DNA of 64,000 bases from a virus, in the IMG/VR virus record IMGVR_UViG_3300027736_000021; one strand, written 5' to 3'. This document shows, piece after piece, positions 37,602-47,705 of this stretch. Position numbers and translations under genes: made by a program. The first letter of the stretch is position 1; the number at the start of each line of letters is the position of its first letter. A model generated the notes under the pieces. The model did no database searches. It had not been told where the DNA came from and was given only the letters and a program-made list of their open reading frames with translations.

Positions 37602-39080
37602 ATGTCGAAATTGACCGCAGATGAGTTTTTTAAATTGCCAAATGCAAAAAGACCAGACAGAAGAAAAATTCTTTTAGCTGCTATCAATTCAAATAAAGGA
37701 CTAGAAGTTTATCTTAGTGGCAATAAAGAAACAGTAATGACATTTCCAAAAGCTAAGAATACTAATTCCATTAAACAAATTCAAAATCTTAAAATTGGAG
37801 ATAAAACAACATTTGGTATTATTAGATTGACGGGTTCTGATGGTAAACCATATAAGATATCAGATATTAAAAAGAGTAAAGAATTTGGTGGTGGTGGAGG
37901 TAGTCGAGGCGGTTCAGATTTAACAGCATTGACCGAAAGTGGCCAATGTTATGTTGCATCATTAGTTTTTAATGTTAAGAAAAAAGCAATTAAGTGGGAA
38001 GATTTAACATATGAAGATTTAGTGACAGCTGCTAAATATGTTGATACTGGTAAAACTACATTAGATGATGTGTTAAATGAAAGTCCTTCTGAATGGGTGC
38101 AATCTTATGTTAAAGTTGCAAATTATCTTTATGCAAACTATAAGATGAAATCAGGAAAAACAGTATATTTTCATAGAGATTCGGAGTTTCATAAAAAAAT
38201 ATTTGAATATAAAAAAGAATGTTTAGCAGCAGATAAAGCAAGCAATACACCGCAAGCACCAGGTTCATTTGGTGATGATAAATGGAATCCTGGTGATATT
38301 TGGATGACGACATTTGGAAAATCACAAACTTCATTACCAAAATTACCGTCAGATAGTTGGTCAGCACTCAATAAAGAAATTTATAATTTAGCGGGTAAAG
38401 GTTCTTCAACAAATAGAGAATTATTAGGTGTATCATTAAAGAAAATTGAAAGAGCTGTTAAATCTGATGAGTATAATATACCAGGAACAAAAAAGAGTAC
38501 CTATAAATTTAATGGCTTTGTTGTTAGTCCAGAAAGAATAAGTAAAGGACAATTACCATTCTTCTCATCAATAGATTGTTATCTTTATATTGGCGATGGC
38601 AGAGTCCAGTTTCGTGCAACAAGTGGTAGTGCAAGCAAACCATCATGGCAAGGTGAGATATCAGGTTCAACTGCCGCTGGTGGTAAAGTGGGCGGTGGTA
38701 ATGTAAACATTTATTTGAAAAATAATTATGGTGAAGGAATTTTTAGAGAGTCTGAATCAGAACTTGTAAACAAAGTTAATACGCCTGCTTTTTATACAGA
38801 GTTTTACGGAATGTATAAGAAATTATTTAAAAATGCAAATTATATAACTTATAATAAATCTGATATGGGAGAAATGGTATCAGAAATAGATTTTAAAAAG
38901 ATGGCAAAAGCTAGAGCAAAAGAAACGGAATCATTTATTATTTCAAAATATATGTGTATGAAGATGATTGATATAATGATGAGTGATATAACAAAATTAA
39001 ATTCATTTTCAACTGATGTTTTTCTATATGGCGCATCCAACACTAACCAGAGTTCATACTTTGTAAAAATATATGAGTAA
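37602..39080 (+). CDS. Putative PD-(D/E)xK-like nuclease
   Basis: TALTE...DKWNPGDIW...LLGVSLKK resembles a restriction-fold active site. Confidence 0.5.
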   Translation: MSKLTADEFFKLPNAKRPDRRKILLAAINSNKGLEVYLSGNKETVMTFPKAKNTNSIKQIQNLKIGDKTTFGIIRLTGSDGKPYKISDIKKSKEFGGGGGSRGGSDLTALTESGQCYVASLVFNVKKKAIKWEDLTYEDLVTAAKYVDTGKTTLDDVLNESPSEWVQSYVKVANYLYANYKMKSGKTVYFHRDSEFHKKIFEYKKECLAADKASNTPQAPGSFGDDKWNPGDIWMTTFGKSQTSLPKLPSDSWSALNKEIYNLAGKGSSTNRELLGVSLKKIERAVKSDEYNIPGTKKSTYKFNGFVVSPERISKGQLPFFSSIDCYLYIGDGRVQFRATSGSASKPSWQGEISGSTAAGGKVGGGNVNIYLKNNYGEGIFRESESELVNKVNTPAFYTEFYGMYKKLFKNANYITYNKSDMGEMVSEIDFKKMAKARAKETESFIISKYMCMKMIDIMMSDITKLNSFSTDVFLYGASNTNQSSYFVKIYE

Positions 39081-40302
39081 ATTTTTAGAGTTTATAACAG
39101 AAGGTAAAGAAGGCAAGAATGTTCACCTTGAGCATATTGAAGATGAATTGCTCAATCGTGGTGTAGCAGGTGGCCGAGAAGCAATTAATTTTCTCCGTTC
39201 TCTCCGTGATATGCTTGCTGGTCAATCACAATCTCATGTGAATGTAACAACAAAATGGGACGGTGCACCAGCAATATTTGTTGGTACCAATCCTGAGAAT
39301 GGTAAATTCTTTGTTGGTACTAAGGGTGTGTTTGCTAAAAATGCAAAACTAAATTATACAGATAAAGACATTGACAAAAATCACCCAGCCGAAGGTCTGA
39401 ATGATAAGTTGAAAGTTGCATTACGTTATCTACCAAAACTTGGTATCAAAGGTGTATTGCAAGGCGATATGATGTTTTCAAAAAGTGATTTGAAAAAAGA
39501 AACCATAGATGGTGAAAAATATATTACCTTTCAACCAAACACAATCGTCTATGCCATTCCTGCTGATTCAAAACTAGCACAGTCAATGATGGCTGCACAA
39601 TTAGGCGTGGTGTTTCATACATCATACACAGGCAAAACCATATCTGATATGAAGGCATCATTCAATGTGGATATTGGTAAGTTATCTACAACCAAAGATG
39701 TTTGGTTTCGTGATGCTTCGTTTGTTGATGCTTCTGGTACTGCCACATTTACTGAAGATGAAACAAAAGAAATTACAAGAGTGTTATCACAGGCAGGTTC
39801 TTTATTTCAACAGATTAATCCATTGGCATTGAATCGCATTTCAGCCAATGAAACAATTCTAATGCAGATTAAAACATTCAATAATAGTAAGGTGCGTGAA
39901 GGTCAGGCAATTAAGAATACAACAGCACACACTAATGAATTGATTAAAACAATTGAAACAAAATTGAATCAATCTGTTCTTGAAGCCAAATTAGAAAAAA
40001 CCAAAAAAGAAAGAATTGCAAAGAAGAATGAAATCATGCGGTTCTATCGTAGTAATGCTGCCGAACTTAAAAAGATATTTGATTTACAGAATTTATTTGT
40101 TGATGCTAAACTAATGATTGTTCGTAAATTGGAAACCATTCGTGATGTAGGCACATTCATTCGCACAGACAATGGATTTAGAATTACTGCACCAGAAGGT
40201 TTCGTAGCCGTTGACCGAATTAAAGGTAACGCTATGAAGTTAATAGATAGATTAGAATTCTCACAAGCAAATTTTACTGCTGCAAAAAATTGGAGTAAAT
40301 AA
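39073..40302 (+). CDS. Conserved T4-like protein with KxDG ligase-type motif and a capsid-targeting-like N-terminus
   Basis: MSKFLEFITE, HLEHIED, TKWDGAP, QGD, EGFV and MKL. Confidence 0.6.
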   Translation: MSKFLEFITEGKEGKNVHLEHIEDELLNRGVAGGREAINFLRSLRDMLAGQSQSHVNVTTKWDGAPAIFVGTNPENGKFFVGTKGVFAKNAKLNYTDKDIDKNHPAEGLNDKLKVALRYLPKLGIKGVLQGDMMFSKSDLKKETIDGEKYITFQPNTIVYAIPADSKLAQSMMAAQLGVVFHTSYTGKTISDMKASFNVDIGKLSTTKDVWFRDASFVDASGTATFTEDETKEITRVLSQAGSLFQQINPLALNRISANETILMQIKTFNNSKVREGQAIKNTTAHTNELIKTIETKLNQSVLEAKLEKTKKERIAKKNEIMRFYRSNAAELKKIFDLQNLFVDAKLMIVRKLETIRDVGTFIRTDNGFRITAPEGFVAVDRIKGNAMKLIDRLEFSQANFTAAKNWSK

Positions 40303-40583
40303 TGGCTGATATCAAATATGACCTCAACCTAATAATGAAAGAATATGGTGATGATGATTTTGGTTTCACCGCAATGGATGAAGAAGAATATACAGATGTT
40401 ATTGCAGAGAAAGAAGAAACAGTAGAAGAATACAAGGCAAGATTACAACAGGTAGAAAAGTTAATTCTTCCATTTCTTACCAAACTATTACAGACGGCAG
40501 ACCAACCAATTATTAAATGGCCTAACCGTAAAGCAACACTAGAAACGCAGATTCAAAAGATTCTGAATCTTACCAGAGGTTAA
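40302..40583 (+). CDS. Hypothetical protein
   Basis: DFGFT...ILPFL..L...IKWPNR; 93 aa. Confidence 0.6.
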   Translation: MADIKYDLNLIMKEYGDDDFGFTAMDEEEYTDVIAEKEETVEEYKARLQQVEKLILPFLTKLLQTADQPIIKWPNRKATLETQIQKILNLTRG

Positions 40584-40584
40584 T

Positions 40585-40941
40585 ATGTCGGTTCAAAGAG
40601 TATTTTGGATTAAACAAACACTAAAACAATTGGATGAAGCCGCATATTCAGGCAATATTGGTGTGATGGAACTATTTAAGTTTCACCAAAAGGCTTCACA
40701 AAAGCAAAAAGATGTGTTACAATCACATATTAAAAGTAAGAAACATAAAGAAGCATGGAAGTTGGTACAAGATGTAACTGGAGTGAAACTACATAAGAGT
40801 GTAAGTGAAGCAATTAGTCCAGACATTTTGCCTAAATCTGGTGCAGGTGCAGAAGGTACCAATAAATTGGCAAACACTTATAAGAAAGACACGCCAGGTC
40901 AAAACATTACCAAGTTTAAGGACTACAAGCGATATAAGTAA
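40585..40941 (+). CDS. Hypothetical protein, probable head-internal module protein
   Basis: LDE/VSE-delimited segments; GAGAEGT...YKKDTPGQ. Confidence 0.5.
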   Translation: MSVQRVFWIKQTLKQLDEAAYSGNIGVMELFKFHQKASQKQKDVLQSHIKSKKHKEAWKLVQDVTGVKLHKSVSEAISPDILPKSGAGAEGTNKLANTYKKDTPGQNITKFKDYKRYK

Positions 40942-40964
40942 TATATTAACTGATTGGAAATATT

Positions 40965-41810
40965 ATGAAAGATTTGATTATAGGATGTACCACGAATTAT
41001 GATTGGAGTAAACTGAAGTATTGGGTTAACTCTATCAACAAATCAGGTTATAAAGGCGAGAAAGTTATGGTCGCCTTTAACATTGATTATGAAACCATCA
41101 AACGGCTATCTGATGCCGGATTTCAGGTCATTTTGCCTGGAAAAGCAAACGACACCACACAACGATATGAATACCAATCATCGTTGCCTGTCCATGTAGA
41201 GCGCTTTGTTCACATCTACAATTACCTACAATCACATGATGCTTATCGGTTTGTTATTACTACCGATGTTAAAGATGTAATCTTTCAGGAAGACCCAACA
41301 AAATACCTTGGCATGGAATTACCAGGTGCTAAGCTGATGTTTGCTTCCGAATCAATGAAATACAAAGATGAACCATGGGGTAACCAAAACTTAATTGAAA
41401 CATTTGGTCCCTTCTTCCATGAAAGATTCAAAGACAATACAATCTACAATGTAGGCGTTTTGGCAGGTCGTGGTGAAGCGATGAGAGATTTGTGTGCGAT
41501 GATATTTGTTATGTCAGTAAATCGACCTATACCAATTGTGGATCAATCCACATTTAACTTTATGATTTCACAAGAGCCATATAAATCTGTGGCAAGATAC
41601 ATGAAGTCAGAAGATGGATGGGCTGCACAATTAGGCACAACTGCCGACCCAAGTAAGATTAACGAATTCAAACCATTCTTGCTTGAACCATCACCAATTA
41701 TGAAAGACGGCAAAGTTGCAACTTCAACAGGAAAAGACTTTACAATTGTTCATCAATATGATAGAGTACCAGAATGGAAAAAGGTTATAGAGGAAAAATA
41801 TAATGACTAA
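40965..41810 (+). CDS. GT-A glycosyltransferase-like protein
   Basis: TDVKDVIFQ, NVGVLAG, DQ and HQYDR. Confidence 0.7.
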   Translation: MKDLIIGCTTNYDWSKLKYWVNSINKSGYKGEKVMVAFNIDYETIKRLSDAGFQVILPGKANDTTQRYEYQSSLPVHVERFVHIYNYLQSHDAYRFVITTDVKDVIFQEDPTKYLGMELPGAKLMFASESMKYKDEPWGNQNLIETFGPFFHERFKDNTIYNVGVLAGRGEAMRDLCAMIFVMSVNRPIPIVDQSTFNFMISQEPYKSVARYMKSEDGWAAQLGTTADPSKINEFKPFLLEPSPIMKDGKVATSTGKDFTIVHQYDRVPEWKKVIEEKYND

Positions 41811-42831
41811 AAGAGTATTAATTACAGGTGGTGCAGGCTTCATTGCACATCACTTGATTGAAACAATCCTTGATACAACAGATTGGACAATCGTATCACT
41901 TGACCGATTAGATTTCTCTGGCAATCTAAATCGCCTTGAAGATATTATGAAGAAGTATTCACCTGAGCAGAAGAAACGGGTTGAGATTGTGTTCCATGAT
42001 TTGCGTGCTGAAATTAATCCACAGACTTCAGGTTTAATTGGTGATGTTCAATTAGTATTGCACCTTGCAGCTGGTTCTCATGTAGACCGCTCAATTGAAT
42101 TTCCAATGGAGTTTGTGCAAGACAATGTAATCGGTACAGTTAATCTATTAAACTATGCTCGCACATTAAAGAACTTAGAAAAGTTTGTTTACTTCAGCAC
42201 AGATGAAGTGTTTGGTCCCGCACCAGAAGGCGTAGATTACAAAGAAAGAGACCGTTACAATGCTACGAATCCATATTCAGCATCTAAGGCGGCAGGTGAA
42301 GAAATGTGTGTTGCATTTGAGAACACATACAATATGCCAATCATTGTTACACATACAATGAATGTGTTTGGTGAACGCCAACATCCTGAGAAGTTTATTC
42401 CTAAGGCCATTCGGTATGCTCGTGATGGTGAAACACTTACTATTCACTCTGATAGAAGCAAAACAAAGGCAGGCTCACGCCACTATGTTCATGCTAAAGA
42501 TGTTGCAGATGGTTTAATGTTTATTCTAAACCTGCCTGAAGATTATGCTCGTATTCCAGATTTTGGTGGTGCGAAGATTCCTAAGTTTAATATTGTGGGA
42601 CCAGATGAAGTAGATAACTTAGAATTGGCTAAATTAATTGCAGAAGCACAAAACAAGGAGTTAAAATATGAAATGGTTGACTTTCATTCATCCAGACCTG
42701 GCCACGATTTACGCTACGCTTTGTCTGGTGATTATATGGAATCTTTAGGATGGAAACCAAAGATTTCTTTGCGTGACCGCATTAAAGGTATGGTTCAATG
42801 GTCGTTAGAAAATGATAAGTGGCTCAAATGA
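41803..42831 (+). CDS. rfbB: dTDP-glucose 4,6-dehydratase-like enzyme
   Basis: TGGAGFI, SHVDRSI, STDEV, YSASK, QHPEKFIP and RPGHDLRY. Confidence 0.9.
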   Translation: MTKRVLITGGAGFIAHHLIETILDTTDWTIVSLDRLDFSGNLNRLEDIMKKYSPEQKKRVEIVFHDLRAEINPQTSGLIGDVQLVLHLAAGSHVDRSIEFPMEFVQDNVIGTVNLLNYARTLKNLEKFVYFSTDEVFGPAPEGVDYKERDRYNATNPYSASKAAGEEMCVAFENTYNMPIIVTHTMNVFGERQHPEKFIPKAIRYARDGETLTIHSDRSKTKAGSRHYVHAKDVADGLMFILNLPEDYARIPDFGGAKIPKFNIVGPDEVDNLELAKLIAEAQNKELKYEMVDFHSSRPGHDLRYALSGDYMESLGWKPKISLRDRIKGMVQWSLENDKWLK

Positions 42832-43535
42832 AGATTGCTCTTTGTTTATCAGGACAAGCTCGTAGCGTAAAACAAGGTTATGAGTTTGTTAAAAGAAACA
42901 TACTAGACGGTAATGATGTTACCGTTTTTTGTCATGTGTGGGAATCACCTGAAGTTGCAGATATTGAAATCTATAAACCTGAAGCATTTATGATTGAGAA
43001 GTCATTGACAAATGACCTATCAAAATACACCAGAGTTCCGCCACCACAACCAAATTGGAAAGTAAAAGACCCAGCTAGGTCAACTTATAACCAATTGTAT
43101 GGCATTATGAAATGTAATGAATTAAAAACGGTCTATGAAGAATCCAATAACATGAAATTTGATTGGGTAATTCGTTCTCGTTTTGATTTTGCCATTAATG
43201 CTAGAATACCTTTTGCAGATTTAGATAATACAAAACTTCATATACCTAATTGTCGTATGACACCTCAAAGAGATTTCGGTAATGACCAATTTGCATTTTC
43301 ATCTTCAGAAAATATGGACAAGTATGCAGACACTTTTAACCGTATTGATGAATTTTATGATGAAGATGGTGTGCAAATGATGTGTGAAGATATGATGAGT
43401 GAAAACTGGAAAGCAAATAATTTAGTTGGAGAAAATTTGATATATTGTAATCTTGACCATCCATTTCCACCAGGCCAATATAACGGAACATGGCACAGTT
43501 TGATTCGTGAGGACTTTGAACAATGGCTTCGTTAG
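42828..43535 (+). CDS. Glycan-related hypothetical protein
   Basis: MKIALCLSGQAR, RSRFD and NDQFA; sits in the sugar island. Confidence 0.55.
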   Translation: MKIALCLSGQARSVKQGYEFVKRNILDGNDVTVFCHVWESPEVADIEIYKPEAFMIEKSLTNDLSKYTRVPPPQPNWKVKDPARSTYNQLYGIMKCNELKTVYEESNNMKFDWVIRSRFDFAINARIPFADLDNTKLHIPNCRMTPQRDFGNDQFAFSSSENMDKYADTFNRIDEFYDEDGVQMMCEDMMSENWKANNLVGENLIYCNLDHPFPPGQYNGTWHSLIREDFEQWLR

Positions 43536-44239
43536 TATTATGCATGGCTGGGTTAAACACCAGATTCCATGATGTTGGCTTTGACATACCAAAGTATCTG
43601 TTGCCTTGGGGTGATGAAACAATTATCCATGAAATCATTAAGCAACTTGGTACTTTTGATGAAACTATTCTTCTGGCGAATAAAAGAGATTCTTATTTTA
43701 AGACCAAGTTAGTTGATACAATTAAACCACTAGGTCTAACAGAGAATAATATTCAATACATTGGTGATACTGATGGTCAGGCACACACAGCATACATTGG
43801 TGCTTCACTACTAAAGAATCAAACCAAACCATTCTTTGTTCACAATGCTGATACACTTTTAATTGGCAGAGATTTTGATAAGATTGAAAGTTTGATGGCT
43901 GATGGTTACATTGATGTGTTTGTTGCCAATAATCCAAAGTATTCTTATGTTCGTTCAAAAGATGGACTTGTAACAGAGATTGTAGAGAAATCTCCTATCT
44001 CTCCATTTGCCAGTTCTGGTCTATATGGGTTTCAAAGCTCACAATTATACCAACAGATGTATGAGAGTTTATCTGCCACATTTGTTGGTAAGGAAATGTA
44101 TATTGCAAATCTATTTACACATATGATTGAGAAGAATTGTTCTATTGGCTTGAATGGATTAAATAACAACTATGAAACTATTGTTCTTGGTTCACCACAA
44201 GAATATGGTCTTGAACTAGCAAAGAAAAGTTTAAAATGA
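43523..44239 (+). CDS. Sugar nucleotidyltransferase-like protein
   Basis: MAGLNTRF...PKYLL, GQAHT, HNAD, IVEK and LGSPQE. Confidence 0.8.
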   Translation: MASLVLCMAGLNTRFHDVGFDIPKYLLPWGDETIIHEIIKQLGTFDETILLANKRDSYFKTKLVDTIKPLGLTENNIQYIGDTDGQAHTAYIGASLLKNQTKPFFVHNADTLLIGRDFDKIESLMADGYIDVFVANNPKYSYVRSKDGLVTEIVEKSPISPFASSGLYGFQSSQLYQQMYESLSATFVGKEMYIANLFTHMIEKNCSIGLNGLNNNYETIVLGSPQEYGLELAKKSLK

Positions 44240-45189
44240 AAGTTACACAATTAAAAGGCGGTTCTCTTAGTTCTACATCATTATATGAAGATGGTGATAG
44301 GAAGTTTATTCGCAAATCAATTAGCACAAAAGACAATCGTGAATATGGTTATGTTCGTTGGTATACACAGTTAAAGAAACTACAACGATTGGCTGAAACT
44401 GGTTTGTTTCCAAAAATATTAGATGTGAATTATTCAAATAACTCAGCCTATTTTGATATCGCTTATTTGGAAGGTTACAGAGATATTAAAACCATTTTAT
44501 CAGAAGATAAATTAACTGAAAATCAAATTGAAAGAATACATGATGCGATGATGTGGTCGTTTGATAACTTACACCGCAAAATGTATATACCAAATCCTGG
44601 TGGTCCCAAATTATATTTTAAAGAAGAAGTTACACAAAAACTTTCAGATGCTTTTAAGTATCCAACTTTCTATAATTTTTATGAACTTGGAACATTCAAT
44701 ACTTTTGAATACAATGGTCAAATAACACATGGCATTCAAAACTTTTTACCTGAGTTGAAGAACTTCTTTGATGAAATGGAATTGGTTACAGAAGAAAATA
44801 TTCATGGTAATCCAACATTAGAAAATATGATGTATTCTTTTGAAGAAGATAAAGTCATATTCATTGACCCGTATGAAGAAAGCATTATAGATAGTAGGCT
44901 ATTAGATTATTCACAGGTGCTTCAATGTTCTCGTAGTCATTATGGCTTTATAAATGATAGGTTTGTTATCATAGAAGGTTCATCTGTATCACATAACTTA
45001 GAAATACCAAATAATCTAAAAGTATTTAATAAAATCTTTGAATCACACCTTGAACATAAACAAATCATTGATGTATTAGAGGCAACTCAATTCATTCGTA
45101 TGTTGCCATTTAAGTGTGCAGCTGGTGATTTTGAAAAGGCAAAATTCTTTTATGTTCATGCTTGCCACTTGTTAAGTAAGATATTCTAA
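44236..45189 (+). CDS. APH/choline-kinase-like small-molecule kinase
   Basis: GGSLS, IRK, HGNPTLENM and FIDP. Confidence 0.75.
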   Translation: MKVTQLKGGSLSSTSLYEDGDRKFIRKSISTKDNREYGYVRWYTQLKKLQRLAETGLFPKILDVNYSNNSAYFDIAYLEGYRDIKTILSEDKLTENQIERIHDAMMWSFDNLHRKMYIPNPGGPKLYFKEEVTQKLSDAFKYPTFYNFYELGTFNTFEYNGQITHGIQNFLPELKNFFDEMELVTEENIHGNPTLENMMYSFEEDKVIFIDPYEESIIDSRLLDYSQVLQCSRSHYGFINDRFVIIEGSSVSHNLEIPNNLKVFNKIFESHLEHKQIIDVLEATQFIRMLPFKCAAGDFEKAKFFYVHACHLLSKIF

Positions 45190-46331
45190 TGGAAAATGTA
45201 TTAACAAAATTTGATAATTATAAACGCACTTGGTCAGTTAAAGCTGAACTGCCGGTTGAATTTGTCTTAAAGTATTCTAGTGATGTATTTAATATTAACA
45301 ATCACGACCTGTTAAGTTTTGGTGAGTCCAATCGTAGAGTGGTTGTCATAGACCAGACTGTATATAAACTGTATGGTCAACAATTACAAGATTACTTCAA
45401 CACATTCAAAATAGAATTAAAACTATTTGTTATTGATGCCACAGAACAAAACAAAGATTGGGAACACACAGACCAGATTTTAAGGTTCTTTGAAGATGTT
45501 GGTGTATTGCGTAGAGAAGCAATCATTGTAATTGGTGGTGGTGTTCTGCTTGATTTGGTTGGATTCTGTTGTTCAATCTATCGCAGAGGCATTCCTTATG
45601 TTAAAGTTCCAACTACATTGTTGGCTATCGTAGATGCTTCTGTTGGTGTTAAAGTTGCAGCTAATCACTTTGGCCGCAGAAATCGTATTGGTGCATATTA
45701 CCCACCAATTGCCACATTACTAGACAAGAAGTTTATTGCTACACAAGATGAAAGAAACATTGTCAATGGCATTGCAGAGATATTTAAACTTGCAGTAATC
45801 AAAGACAAAGAATTATTTGAGTTACTTGAAGCAAGTGCAGAACAACTAATCACCGAGAAGTTTCAGTTTGGTGCAGTACCAGTTCGTGTAATCAATTCTG
45901 CCATTACGGGCATGATTGAAGAATTGGCACCAAATTTATGGGAAAGAAAACTAGACCGATGTGTTGACTTTGGCCATTCGTTTAGTCCTATTATTGAAAT
46001 GCAAAATATGGACACACTACAACATGGCGAAGCAGTTGTATTAGATTGCTTGTTGAGTTCTTGTTTGGCTAATGTTCGTGGTTACATTGATACTGAAACA
46101 CTAGAAAGAATCTTTAAGACAGCACACAGTTTAAAATTGCCTGTATTCCATAAAGATTTTTGTAAATTTGACTTGCTTAAAAAGTCTTTATCTGATACAA
46201 TGAAGCATAGAAACAGTAATCAATACTTACCTGTGCCAGTCGGCATTGGCAACTATAAAATATTAAATGATGTAACAGATGATGAGATAAAGAAAGCTTC
46301 AGATATATTTGAAGAAGTTAAATATGAATAA
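45189..46331 (+). CDS. Sedoheptulose-7-phosphate cyclase, 2-epi-5-epi-valiolone synthase (EEVS) type
   Basis: GGGVLLD, YRRGIPY..PTTLL, NGIAEIFK, MIEELAPNLWE, RCVDFGHSFSP and HGEAV. Confidence 0.88.
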   Translation: MENVLTKFDNYKRTWSVKAELPVEFVLKYSSDVFNINNHDLLSFGESNRRVVVIDQTVYKLYGQQLQDYFNTFKIELKLFVIDATEQNKDWEHTDQILRFFEDVGVLRREAIIVIGGGVLLDLVGFCCSIYRRGIPYVKVPTTLLAIVDASVGVKVAANHFGRRNRIGAYYPPIATLLDKKFIATQDERNIVNGIAEIFKLAVIKDKELFELLEASAEQLITEKFQFGAVPVRVINSAITGMIEELAPNLWERKLDRCVDFGHSFSPIIEMQNMDTLQHGEAVVLDCLLSSCLANVRGYIDTETLERIFKTAHSLKLPVFHKDFCKFDLLKKSLSDTMKHRNSNQYLPVPVGIGNYKILNDVTDDEIKKASDIFEEVKYE

Positions 46332-46995
46332 GACAATTCTAATTACTGGCACCACAAGTGGTGTTGGTGCAAAAATCGCATATGATTACATTGAGAAAGG
46401 TTGGAATGTAATTGGTTTTGCTCGTGGTGAATCTATATTTCAATTTCCAAACTACAAACATTTTCAAGTTGATGTTACTAGCTGTTATGAGATGTATGAT
46501 ATATTTGAACAGATTGGTAATATTGACATTCTAGTTAATAATGCAGCTGTCTTTAAGATGAAATCATTTTCAGACACCACTTTAGATGAGATTGATGATA
46601 TGATTGATATCAATCTTAAAGGTGCCATGTATGTAACTAAGTTTGCATTACAGAAAATGGAAAAAGGCAGTCGTATATTCTTTATCAATTCAGTTGCAGG
46701 CCTTGAAGAACTAGAAAACCAATCCGCATATTGTGCCTCTAAACATGGTCTTACAGGATTTGCTGGTGTTCTTGGTGAAGAATTGCGTAGCAGAGGAATC
46801 AAAGTAACAAGTATTCATCCAGGCGGTATTGATACACCATTGTGGAGTAGAGATATACCTTACCCATGCGGTGATGTAAGTAAGGCAATCTCACCAATAG
46901 AACTTGTAAAAGTTATTGATTTCGTGTATAATAGCCAATTCAATATTGAATATAAAACTATTAAAATGTTTCCTGATACCGAATGGCACAAATGA
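46324..46995 (+). CDS. SDR oxidoreductase
   Basis: TGTTSGVG, NNA, YCASK and PGGIDT. Confidence 0.9.
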   Translation: MNKTILITGTTSGVGAKIAYDYIEKGWNVIGFARGESIFQFPNYKHFQVDVTSCYEMYDIFEQIGNIDILVNNAAVFKMKSFSDTTLDEIDDMIDINLKGAMYVTKFALQKMEKGSRIFFINSVAGLEELENQSAYCASKHGLTGFAGVLGEELRSRGIKVTSIHPGGIDTPLWSRDIPYPCGDVSKAISPIELVKVIDFVYNSQFNIEYKTIKMFPDTEWHK

Positions 46996-47705
46996 TTATA
47001 CCTAGTACCGATTTGTTTATTGTAACCTCTGCTCTTAAAACGAGCATTGGTGTTATTGATGATGAAACAAGAACAAGGCAAACAATTGAAGGTCTGCAAT
47101 CATTACGCAAGGCTGCACCTGATGCTATTATCTTCTTAGTAGATGCTTCTTCTAGGATGGTTGATGAAGCAACAATGGTTACAGTAACACAATATTGTGA
47201 TAGAAGTATTAGTTTTTTTGGTGATGAAGATTTAATGTCACTCGCAAATGCAGGCCTTAAATCACAAGCAGAAATTACTCTATTGTTTAAGACATTAAGT
47301 ATTATTAAACAACATCCTGAATTACAGAAGATGATGGCTGGTGTTCGTAGGGTGTTTAAGTTATCTGCTAGAACCAATATGCTTGAAGGTTATGACCCTA
47401 AGGCATATGATAATCAATATGGTAAGTATGTGTTCAAGAAAGCAATGCCATCTTGGTTACCACCACAGAAACAATTGGAATCTGGTTGTGACCACTTATA
47501 CATAACTAGAATGTATTCATTCTGTATATCATTGTTTGATAATTATCTGAATACTTTACCAGCAATTTATCAAACAATAAATCAACATGGCGTTGACACA
47601 GAACACGCACACTATGGTAATATTGATAAAGGTTTTTCAGTAGAATTTGAAAAGTTATATTGCCAAGGAGTATTGGCTGGAAATGGACAATTGGAAGCAT
47701 ATTAA
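46992..47705 (+). CDS. Hypothetical protein in the sugar island (possible GT-like fold)
   Basis: FIVTS...R..QT...FKLSAR; context only. Confidence 0.45.
   Translation: MIIPSTDLFIVTSALKTSIGVIDDETRTRQTIEGLQSLRKAAPDAIIFLVDASSRMVDEATMVTVTQYCDRSISFFGDEDLMSLANAGLKSQAEITLLFKTLSIIKQHPELQKMMAGVRRVFKLSARTNMLEGYDPKAYDNQYGKYVFKKAMPSWLPPQKQLESGCDHLYITRMYSFCISLFDNYLNTLPAIYQTINQHGVDTEHAHYGNIDKGFSVEFEKLYCQGVLAGNGQLEAY

Noticed and set aside
45189-46331. 3-dehydroquinate synthase, or a mycosporine/gadusol sunscreen pathway
   Set aside because: The motifs are EEVS-type, and no adjacent O-methyltransferase, ATP-grasp ligase or MT-Ox gene is present.
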